64,000 nucleotides of DNA from Octopus sinensis. Its lineage: Eukaryota. The stretch lies in contig NC_042997.1 in the NCBI RefSeq assembly GCF_006345805.1, positions 120,776,001 through 120,840,000 on the forward strand, in the 5' to 3' direction. Of the stretch, positions 53,041 through 64,000 are shown in pieces. The stretch's first letter is position 1, and every line of letters begins with the position of its first letter. Made by a program: the position numbers and the translations under genes. The notes under the pieces are model-generated. The model was not told the DNA's origin. It ran no database searches and worked only from the letters and a program-made list of their open reading frames with translations.

Positions 53041-53249
53041 GAATATGTTGATATTTTGCAGTTAAAAAATTATATTAATGCGATGTCTCTATTTTCTGAA
53101 TTTTAATTTGAAGATTTATACTTAAACCTATTATTTTATGAATATTAATATTCATAAAAGAATAATAGGCAATGAACTTATTTTTATCCCTTAATGAGGC
53201 TATTTCAACCTCTCTCTCTCTCTCTCTTTCCCCCTCTGTATATATATAT

Positions 53250-53285
<36 letters not shown>

Positions 53286-53759
53286 CATATGTATAGATGC
53301 CCGACTTGTCGTGAATGCACGTGTGGGCAGTATATATACACTTATGTGGAAATATAAGCGCTCTCCTGTGTATAGAGGACTGTCACCGATGCCCTGGTGT
53401 TTCAAGGCAATTTAAACGAATGTGTTCGTGGTTGAAGTATATGCACAGCAGTAAATATATATACAAGCATAGTTACCAACGTGTTAGTGAATCTGTACAA
53501 TTTGAGATATACGTACACATACGCATATTTGCGTGTTTCATTCTTCTTTACTTATTATATTGCAGAATTCTGCATCACTGTACACATTTCCAATTCATTT
53601 TATGCTTTTGTAGCCATAAGTTAATGAAAAAGTGTGCGATCTGTTACTGCTTCATGATTACTATTGAACTTCCAGTTTGCTTGTGTAATTTGAAATCCAT
53701 CAGTTCAAAAACTTAGTGTGTGACGCTCTTCGCTCCTGCCAGTCGATTCATTCACATTG

Positions 53760-54650
53760 GAACTTTTCACTATTAAAGCGTTTTCCAGCTATAAGCAATA
53801 ATTTCTCGCATTACTTTTGTCGTTGATCCAGGAAGACATCGCGTAATTATAATTTTAAATTCTTCCGAACACTTCCACCGATGTTCTTATACAACATTAT
53901 TGTAATTGAATTTTCTGTGGAGTCTTTGCAAGATAATTTTTCTTTGTCATTTCTATTGTCATCAAACGAGTGGAAGCACAACAGAGCCAGTAAGTGGTGG
54001 TGGTGTTTGTAATAACATTCTACTCAAGATCTGGAGTACAGAATTGATGTTTAATTATATGAATACTGAGAGAAACATTCTGAAGCCTGCGCAGTGCCTG
54101 ATGTTATCAGTGTTTTTTTTTTCAAACACCAAGAATCTCTTAGGTTTAAATCCAAGCTCTGCATGATATCTTTTCTGTGATGAGTACAATAATAAATCTA
54201 ACAGAGGCTTTGTTTTATAATTTGAAAATCGCCATAAAAGAATAATGAGTTCAACTTAAGATAAGCAGAAGGCATCCTAAAGTGTTACTGCTTGGTATTA
54301 CAGAAAACTGTATTTTTCCATATTGATCGCATATATCTGTTTCTCTTTCGACGAGAAGGGCTTTATGGTATCTAACTTATTACATTTGGAACCCGTAGGA
54401 AATCATTGGCTTACTGGGTGTAGATGTTGCGTTATCACCATATTTACTGTGTAAGCTATGCCGTCGTTTGCATCTATCAATATTATCTACTACTATTTCA
54501 AAATGCTTCTGAAATACCTGTCCGCAGACCTTGAGCCCAGCATTAAGCGTTGCCAAAACTGGGCGAATCTTCCATTTTTTAAATACTTGGAAATGTCGTC
54601 ATCTTCCCAAAAGAAAATGAGAGGTTTAACATTCTGTTTTATCTGAAATT
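53760..54650 (-). pseudogene. Kinase-like relic spanning roughly a whole domain (~300 codons, many stops and frameshifts)
   Basis: In order: YLKNGRFAQ, GLKVCGQVF, VERETDI, LLYSSQKRYHAELGFKPKRFLVF, QFCTPDL, TTYWLCC, CSEEFKIIITRCL..MREII. No intact HRD or DFG. Confidence 0.45.
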
Positions 54651-55065
54651 GTTATGCCTCTTTATTTCATTTATGTATAAAATTTTCGACACCTTTCAAA
54701 TTTGATTATGTACAAATTTTCGTTAAGTACAGATATGCCTTATAGGGGCCAGAATACGCCTACTGTGATAGTTTATTTTCGCGCTAAAAGTGAACATACG
54801 ATACTTGGACTTCAGAGCCGTTATCTACTCTCCGCATGTAAACATATGCATAGACACGTTATAATAATGTGATGGAATGCATAACAAGCATGCAATTATT
54901 AAATTGCTGCAATGTAGACCATCTTTAGCAAGATATATCAAAATAGCGAATTTGCATTAAATGGTGTACCGATAACAAATATAATATATAACTCTGATAC
55001 ACGCTGATACACGGATTTGCATATGCACATGAATACATACATGCATACATACACACACACACACA

Positions 55066-55757
55066 CAGGTATAACTTAGAGGTGTTTAAAACCTCTACGG
55101 GATTGTATCATCCAAAGGTGCTCCTGGTGATTACAAACTTTATTAAGAAAGGTTTAGTACATAGCATTAGCAATAGAATATTGCGCCTCTCTTCCAACCA
55201 ATATATTTTATAAGCATAGGGAAATCTATAATATCGCACAAGATGAAGCAGGATCTAATCAAAAAATTAAATACCTACACCCCAATTACTAGACAAATAT
55301 CCTAAATAACAGAAATCCGCATGATAATCCCATTAACACTAACAACGTACCAAACGCCACTACGAAATACACCGACAATAAAAATTATATTGATAAGCTC
55401 AACAAAAATAATAGCAATAGAAACAATATTAAGTCCCATGCACAAATCACCAATATTACAAACAACAACTATATGAATACTAACAATGTGATAATCAATA
55501 AAATTAACAACATTAACAAGACTAATATCACGAATAATAAAATTAAGTCGGAAAATAATAATAAGAATAATATAAACAAAACATCGATAAGAATAAAAAT
55601 AAAGAGCCGCAAAGAGTAAACCGATAAACCCGGTTAAAAATCATAACATCAATTCATTGAGTCGACATCAACCATACAGAAATAACCCCAGTAAAACAGG
55701 AGCACCTTTGGATTTAATCATCCTTTATAGGTTTTAAACACCTCTAACTTATACCTG
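55066..55757. repeat. 61-bp imperfect inverted repeats (55066-55126 / 55697-55757) bracketing a PLE RT fragment
   Basis: caggtataacttagaggtgtttaaaacct..atccaaaggtgctcctg versus the reverse complement of caggagcacctttggat..aggttttaaacacctctaacttatacctg. Confidence 0.85.
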
Positions 55758-56334
55758 TCTATTATGTAAAATCTCTTCTGTCTGTCTGTATGTGTGTCTT
55801 CTAGGATCTCGGGCATTCTCTATCCGATTGCGCTCAAATTTGATATGTAGACACCAACGGTATCAGAGCGTGTATAAGTCTTGAAAAAATTACAAACATC
55901 GATGCCAAGTGAGAATACGATCGATAAAGCCGTGAGAACGAGCATTTGTACTCGCAAGTACATCAACTGTGGCAATCGATACTACGCATACGCGATAAAA
56001 ATGCACGTGCACTTTGCGCAAATGTAGAAGGCTGGCTTGAAATAATGTCACAAAATGCAGTATATTTAAGAGACCCAAAAAGTAACATGCAAAAGAGTTA
56101 TTTTCTTCAAAATTGGTATGAACGACGGAAATGCTATGTGGTTTCTCAAGAAGTTTTTTTTTGCCTTAACTTTCTATCTTTATTCTTCATTTGCTGGTGT
56201 CTCAAATTTAGGTTAAATCAGTGTTTGTCAAAGAGGAGGCCTATGGGACGGTCGGACAAGTTGTTTTGAGAAACTTTGGTTTAAATGTTTGACAACTCAG
56301 CAACGTCTATCTGACGGGGGGCGTTTTGCTCATA
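55758..56334 (+). mobile_element. Non-autonomous Helitron-like element, copy 3
   Basis: Starts TCTATTATGTAAAATC..(TCTG)n and is homologous to 505-1035 over its length. Confidence 0.5.
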
Positions 56335-56378
56335 CATATATATATATATATTATATATATATATATATATACATATAT

Positions 56379-56416
<38 letters not shown>

Positions 56417-57771
56417 GAGAAATAGTGAAGATAAACCCAACTATAGAAATAAACTCGATAGTTATAACAACAACTTCACACACCTTACAAACAATGCGGG
56501 TAGTTTCTATACCAGACATAGAAATACTAACAATAAACGTAATAGTTATAAGATCTGGCTAGTAATCCGTTTCGCCATGCACCTCAAAACCAATATAATT
56601 CTCTCGCTAATGAAACTAACACATAAACATTTATACATAGATAAGAAATATGCAGCAATATTTAAGAATAAAATTAGAGTAGGCCACAGCTACCATCATC
56701 GCCTCGCTTAATAATAAAAAAAATGGACACATTCTATGAAGCTAGGAAAATTAGGAACAATAAATCTAACAACCAAACAGATTAATAGAACAAAACCCAC
56801 CACTAATGAAGCGCATCTTAGTAACACAGAGAAAGACCCGAGAAGTAATAGCCCCTACAACTCAACACGAATACAGATATACCTAATAATTTATGTGGCA
56901 TCAGGGATAGAATTAAGTGCCAATTCTCTAATAGATGTAAGTCTAAAATCGTAGTTCATCAATGTGACGTACACAGAAATAGCCGAATAAAATGCTATAT
57001 AAGATCCACGAAAAACTAAATGATACTTAGGTACAATGAACACCAATCTAGCTTCAGAAATAGGCGTAAGGCAAATTCAACAGGGCTTAGTATCTGTATC
57101 TGGAAGCTTAAGGACAAAAAAAAACAGAATATAGATTAGAAAGGTTCATACTCGCAAAAACAACTTCTTACACCTCTACCAATATGTTTAACCGAACGCC
57201 TGGAAATTCTAACGGCTAAACCACCTCTTCTTAATACATATAGACCTCATTGTCTTTTACGAAATATCGGTAAACCTGCTTGACCCTGTACAAATCCTAC
57301 GCTAGCATCTTCATCTAAATAATCCCATTTATCTGGGAACCACTTAAACTACTTACGCGCAAACATTCACCTCCCAAACCTCACTCGCTTTACACACCCC
57401 ATATTAAATTATATTACACCTACACAGGGCTTCCTCCTTTATTACGAACTTCCTACAACACATAAATTCCTTGCTCACCCCGGACTGAGAAAATCCGGAT
57501 AGAGTTATCCTCCTTTTCACCACGAGTTAACGTTAACCCCATTTCTTTACACCGCCGGTGGAAAATCTAGCCAGAATAAATACGTGGATAATATGCGCTT
57601 TCTTAAACTAGGGACTACAGTTCAAAATAACCTCAATCATACTCCCACTTCGCAGAAGATTTATCAACTAACAAATCTTCTATAACGTAAGACTCACCAT
57701 TCTTTGTCTGTGTTCTCGTTACCAATGTATGGCTATGTCTCTCGCTATTCTTACCCTTCCATATGACTCTG

Positions 57772-57823
57772 CATTTTGATGATATCTACCAGCACAACTG
57801 GTAAACAGAAACGATCGTAAATG
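57772..57823 (+). ncRNA. Hammerhead motif (C3>U, stem II partly decayed)
   Basis: CATT-TTGATGA-TATC TACCAG cacaa CTGGTA AACA-GAAAC GATC GTA-AATG. Palindromic stem III ACGATCGT. Confidence 0.6.
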
Positions 57824-57959
57824 TAATATTACTACCACTTTTCTCTATGAATTAATTAAATTATTGGCTTACTAGCGCAAACGACGAATTCTTCTTGTTA
57901 TTTTTCCTCCATATGCTTCTTTCGTATATATATGTATATATATATATATATATATAACG

Positions 57960-58267
57960 TCTCTCTTTTCAAGCCTAGCCAGGCTCATAGGCCCGGTTTC
58001 CCTGTTTCTGTGGCCTATGTGTCCCCCTCCCCAGCTGGATGGGAAGCCAATCCATCGCAGCTTTACCCAAGAAACAGGAAGAGAGAGTGAGAGAAAGTTG
58101 TAGCGAAAGAGTACAACAGGGGTCGCCATCCCCCCCTGTCGGATCCTCGTGGAAGTTATTTAGGTGTTTTCTCTCAATAAACACACACAACACCCGGTCT
58201 GGGAATCGAAACCTCGATCCTCCGACCGCGAGTCCGCTGCCCTAACCACAGGGCCATTGCGCCTCCA
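57960..58267 (-). mobile_element. tRNA-derived SINE
   Basis: Minus strand ggaggcgcaatggccctgtggttagggcagcggactcg..gtttcgattcccagaccggg. Confidence 0.85.
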
Positions 58268-58296
58268 CACACGCATATATATATATAATATATATA

Positions 58297-58437
<141 letters not shown>

Positions 58438-59924
58438 ATATATATGCACAAAGACAAAAGAATAAGAGTATTCGTGCCAACATTTTATAATTATTACATT
58501 GGTTTGGACACACACGAACTGCCATAAAACCATAAAGCAATTATCGAATTGGGTTGCCGCTAGCCAATTTCTCAGACTACTTAGCATTACTGTACTATAT
58601 ATATTGAGAATTTCGAAGAACTATATCGTTAGAGGTTAGGTCGCAGAATATGAGAGTTATAATTTTAACAGTTTAGCAGGCCAAGTCTCAAAATCACTGG
58701 CACCCTCATCCATAAAATATTTCAGTAGTATTGTCCCCACGAATTTCTCTTTTTATTATGCTCTCTTTAATTTACAACAACTTTTCCATTTCACTGCAAT
58801 TTGTAAAGCGTTAAATTACTTTGCAAAACAAATACACACACACTCAAATATGTCTCTCCGTGTCTGAGTGTGTGTATGTGTATGCGTGTGAGCGTTTGAG
58901 TGAGTGTGGGTATAGCGATGACTATATATATATATACAAATATATATATATCTTTAGGCGGAGGGTTGGGAACCTGAAGTTATCATAACTTACAGATTTC
59001 AAGATAATTAGGAGGACACTTACATTGATTTCTGAAACCATCTGGTTTTGCCTTATCTACAATGGTTATATATATATATATGTGTGTGTTTTTCGTCATT
59101 TAACAAATAATGCAACAGATACAGGCACCATTAAAATGACACTAAATTCAATGTTTATTTAAACCATTTTTATCTGCATCAATCAATGGAACAATGAATC
59201 ATTTGATAAAAATCTCATCCCGACACAAGGATCGAGTTTTATAATTAATCATACGGTAGTGTTTGTTCACCTCTGCGCTTTTACTGTTGAAGCTACATAG
59301 CTCTGTTATCAATGAATCATTTTGCATAAAACAGAAGCGAACCATTTTCTATTTGCATGTTAATATATTTTAACGTTGATTCACATATTTTCTTTTTCTT
59401 TTGGATACTCTTGGCGCCATAAACATGGATCAATTACGTATTTTAAATTATGGAACCGATTATTGCAAAGATAAATGCAGATAAAACATGCAAAATAATA
59501 AATAGGGGAATTTAGGAAATAATTTAGAATAAGAAAGTAACATTGCCTATCCGAGACGTGAGGGACTGATATAAGATTAGGCTATTCATGACAAAATACA
59601 GGAAATATAATTTCATTCTTCATTCATCTTTAAAACAGCCCTTTATCTCATTGAGAGGAAAGTTCAGAGGAAACTTTGTGTGATAGCTATGAGCGATATT
59701 CAAAATAATATCCAGATGATTTCATATAATTTTAAGTTCTAAAAGAACGATCACAGGAGGTGATAAGCATATTGGCGCCCTAACAGTAATATGTTGACAA
59801 TATAATAACAATATACGTATCACTCTCTTTCTTTGTCTCTCGCTCACTCACACAAACACCCATACACACACAAAGATATATACGTATGTATATATATATA
59901 TATATGTTTATATATATATGATTA

Positions 59925-59997
<73 letters not shown>

Positions 59998-60061
59998 CGT
60001 GTGTGTGTGTGTGTGTGTATTATATATATATATATACTTTGTTATACATGTATATATATAG

Positions 60062-60200
60062 TTGAAATTTACAGAAAAAGAAAAAAAACGAAGGCAGGTG
60101 TATGAACAGCAAGCAGGTATATTAGTTTGACGCTCGGGATAGTAAGAAAGACTTTTGTTTCGAACCTACGCTCTTCAACAGAAAACAATATGAGGCGGGG
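60062..60200 (-). mobile_element. Short HHR-like-motif element (4650-4860 family)
   Basis: Minus strand CTGTTGA-A-GAGC gtag GTTC-GAAAC. 3' end adjoins (TA)n. Confidence 0.5.
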
Positions 60201-60503
60201 GAGTCCATAACGTTTTACATGCATATGCATATACGTATGTATATATGTGTTCGTGCGTGTTTGTGTATGTATGTATGTGTCTGTATGCCTGTGCACGCGT
60301 GTGTTTATTACACTTTGTCAATACGAGGGTTGATTAGTAACTTCAAAGTTTCGACCTGCTTACTGTGATGAAGGCTAGCAGGCCAATTCTATATGACACT
60401 GTCAATCATCTTCGTGAACAAGTTTATTAAGGAAGTATTCTTCTAAAAGATAGTGAGTAATTCTTTGGTTTAATACACATACACACGAACACGTACACAT
60501 ACT

Positions 60504-60589
<86 letters not shown>

Positions 60590-60639
60590 CAAAATGTAAC
60601 CACATGTGAACAGTTGTCAATTTTTTTTCTTTGGCTCCG

Positions 60640-60790
60640 TCTACCTTTTCTCTTGGACTTTCCCATGTTTCTGAAAAAGAGTTTTGCTCAAAACGTTAAA
60701 CCATCTTACTTTGTCTCCTGAACGTCTGCTAAAACTTTACATGTACCACGTCCTCGCGTTGGCGTTTTTTTTTTATTTGGCCTACGTATT
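60640..60790 (+). mobile_element. Short element with a decayed HHR (60667-60701; 38590-38800 family)
   Basis: GTTT-CTGAAAA-A-GAGT ttt GCTC-AAAAC GTT-AAAC. Followed by (TA)n. Confidence 0.55.
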
Positions 60791-60810
60791 ATTTTTTGGT
60801 GGGGGATTTA

Positions 60811-60970
<160 letters not shown>

Positions 60971-63024
60971 GGGTACATACATACATACCAACATACGTAC
61001 ATGCATAAATGGTCCGGCAGATAATATAATATCAGATAATATTACGAAGATATGTTTCGAAAAACATTTGATAAAATCAAATAAAACTAAATTTTTGTCC
61101 TTTTTATGAAAGATATTCTTGGATGCATTGTTGATGGAAATATTTCATAAAATTTATCGTGGATAATATAACTATATCACAGGAATATAAATATCAAACA
61201 AATAAAAATATAAATAGTACCATATCTGTTTGCCTACGTGCAAAGTGATTGACACAGGTAATATATTTAGTGAAGGTATCTCCAGGAGGATAAAAATTAC
61301 ATTGCAGTTTCGTAAATTTCGCTGTTTAGAACAAGTTTGGAAAGTGTGCTGTTTACATAGTAATAACAGAATTCATAGCATATGATTTTGAAAGATGTCT
61401 AGATTTGAAATCCTACAGCTTTAGAGGATAGAAGGAAAAATCCAGAGCAAATAATGCCAAATCACATGACTTAAATCTGTAAAAGAGTCGGAAAGTCAGC
61501 TACATTTTGATTATTTTCTTTCTTACTTTATATAGGATGAAGAGGATCTGAACTAGATGAATACTGTTATTAACATTTACATAAAATTACGTAATATGAA
61601 CATAAAGTCCAACCCTTCCTCAAAGCGGTAGGGTGGTGTAAACGGGCAGCGTCGGAGCTATGCCGTCGGGAACTTCCGTATTAGAGCCGCAGCCTGGAAA
61701 AAATTCTAAGAGGTGCCTGATCGGCAACCAACGGCTTCGAGTTCGTTCTGTTCCTGCGTCTGTGGAAACTCCGCGGCAAACAGAGCGTCTCATCACTCGG
61801 GATATGCATGCGGGATGTCGGGGACCACTTGTGAATTCAATATTCCGACGAAACTTTTTCTATGCCGTCAGGACCAGAAAAATATCCGGCTCAACCCGCC
61901 CTGGGTGTACGCAATCACAAGTAAATATATAAATAAAGAATGGCATCTAAATTTTGATTTCTAGAACTTTTCTTTCTACAAACTAACCGAATGTAGAAAA
62001 ATGTGAAGGTATGTAGATTGCCGAGCTCGTCTATCTTAATGATTATTATAAATGGGAAACAAATATATGTATGGATGGATGGATGTAAAACGCTGATGAC
62101 CCAGTAAGTTTCGGTGATTATAAAATCCTGTCAACACTGATGTTCAACAGGTTCGTGCTCACTAAAGACGTGAAAGCCCTTCAGTACGTGTCTCAGACAC
62201 CATGTTCCAAGAGAGTCACCTGCGAAAACACAAGTTAGGTCTCATCGGACTGTGAGACACGTATATCTGCGTTGTTATACTTCATTAGTTGTAGACACAG
62301 TATCTGTTTTTAACAGAATGTCGTTCTTAGACGAAAATAGTTAATCAAATGAATTCGTTTATATAACTTATGACCAGTGATGAATAAATAAAGCTGTGAA
62401 ATCTATATATAACAGATTCGTGTAGATTGCCTTCGAAATTTCTAGTTGTAATTCACTTTACAGGCAATATGAGTGATGCTAAAACACGGACCTGAGGTGA
62501 GATATTGCCAACAGATTGTAAGCCCCGTGTTTATGCATACATATGCCTAATCAATATTCATACGTGATTTTCTTCCTGCACAGGTCTCTAAGAACTGCCG
62601 TTTTTACATGTAAACAACAAAATTTATTTGCTGGCCCGTGCGAAACTTTGTCAATGGGAAATTATTTAATTAGTTGTATAAATTTAAATGACTAAAACTA
62701 CCATATTTATATTTCATAACTTCGCATGTACGGAATATATAGAAAATATCTCTCTCTTCCTCTCTCTTTCTCTCTGTTATTTGCACCGTATTCAATATCT
62801 GTACAGTTGAGAGAAGGGTATACACGGACGTGTTGCATATAAATGTACGCCAATTCACAAACTCACATGTACAAGTACACATGCGTTTAGATACGTCTTT
62901 CAATATGCAAATACAAAGACACGTACCAAGTAATGTATTATATATAAATGTATGTGCATTTGCGCGTGCGAGCGCGCGTGTGTGTATGTGTGTGTGTATG
63001 TGTTGTTTCGAATTTTGTCCTGCA

Positions 63025-63115
63025 ATGTGTAACCTTGGGCAAGTGTGCCTTCTGATATAGCCTCGGGCCTTGTGAATGGATTTGGTAGGGGGAAGAAAAA
63101 GGAGCCCGTCGAATA
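63025..63115 (+). mobile_element. CORE-like SINE fragment
   Basis: accttgggcaagtgt..atagcctcgggccttgtgaatggatttggtag..agcccgtcg. Confidence 0.7.
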
Positions 63116-63189
63116 TATGTATATAAATCCTTAAATCTTTAAAGATGTTTCAGCCCGAAGGCTGCGGCCATGCTGGGGCACCACCGTTG

Positions 63190-63770
63190 AATGAGCAACA
63201 GTAGTATGTGAATCCACCTCTGATACGTGGCACTTGGTCGACAAGGGAGTTCGATGCCACTGCCCGCATCTGTGTCTCCTGTCGAGAGGTAGGTTCATCT
63301 GGGACCCCCGACAAGAAGAGATCTAGTTCAATTTTAAAGAAACCCACATCCACACCATACAAGTCTCTCAGGCATTTAGGGAGGATGTTGAATAGGTGCG
63401 GTCCTCTGAAACCCAAGCTGTTGCAGTATCTGGTCCTGTATTTTGATGGTGATGTTGGAATCTTTGGCACCATGCAGTGGCGCCCCGTTCTGCGGTTGAG
63501 GTAACTTTGAATGCCAAAGTGTGGGACAAGACTCTCCAGGAATTTCTAGATGTATATCACTGCATATCGCTCCCGCCTTCGCTCTAGGGAGAAGAGTTTT
63601 AATACTTTCAGTCTTTCTCAGTAGCTGATATGTTGCATTGAGACGATCTTCTTAGTTTAGCTTCTTTGAATTGCTTCGAGTTCTGCAGTTAGCTTTATAT
63701 TGTGTGGTGATCATAGTTGGGAGCAGTAGTCCAAGCGGCTAAGGACGAAAGTTTTCCAAAGGACCATCGG
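63190..63770 (-). mobile_element. CR1-group LINE ORF2 C-terminal relic
   Basis: ELEAIQR..ISY*ERLKVLKLFSLERRRERYAVIYI..TGRHC..SLGFRGPHLFNILPKCLRD..FKIELDLFLSGVPDEP. Confidence 0.85.
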
Positions 63771-63802
63771 TGTCTCCTTCTCTCATGTTCTGAAATTTCG
63801 GA

Positions 63803-63856
<54 letters not shown>

Positions 63857-64000
63857 ATGTGTGTGTGTGTGTGTGTGTGCATGTGAGTATATGTGTGTGT
63901 TGCCTGTGTATATGCTTGTACCTGTGCGTGTGTGTATGTTTTTCTGTCAGTGGTTATTCGCTACAACCGATTAACATCCAGTACTGGCAAGTTTAAGTTC

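Larger units (their letters stand above)
55130..57830 (+). mobile_element. Decayed PLE related to the 46.8-kb element, interrupted by other insertions
   Basis: GLVHSISNRILRLSSN (RT thumb), Asn-rich linker, KIW..FAMHLKTNI..KH, then CGIRDRIKC..RCKSKIVV..CYIRST..RYNEHQSSFRNRRKANSTGLSICIWKLKDK (GIY-YIG). HHR at the 3' end. Confidence 0.8.

Overview
AT-rich, microsatellite-dense animal genomic DNA. The SINE families and repeat load look like an octopus or other cephalopod (inference). I could not support any intact host protein-coding gene, rRNA, true tRNA gene or CRISPR array, and most ORFs in the track are microsatellite artefacts. The window is dominated by mobile DNA. (i) Penelope-like elements (PLEs): a 3.9-kb tail-out inverted structure at 45.8-49.7 kb with an uninterrupted GIY-YIG endonuclease frame, a decayed relative at 55.1-57.8 kb and an ORF-less 3' region at 19.9-23.5 kb. 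(ii) About a dozen minimal type-I hammerhead-ribozyme (HHR) motifs, intact to decayed, in PLE ends, small fold-back elements and short elements abutting (TA)n. (iii) LINE relics (CR1-like, RTE, R4/Dong-like) and an ORF1-only L1/Tx1-like element that splits a SINE. (iv) tRNA-derived SINEs, Helitron-like non-autonomous elements and a mariner MITE. Between the repeats, four minus-strand segments translate, with stops and frameshifts, into protein-kinase-like motif series, suggesting a decayed kinase cluster. The indel-rich 1.35-kb tandem duplication at the start may be an assembly artefact. All motif and pairing calls were made by eye; repeat boundaries are approximate.
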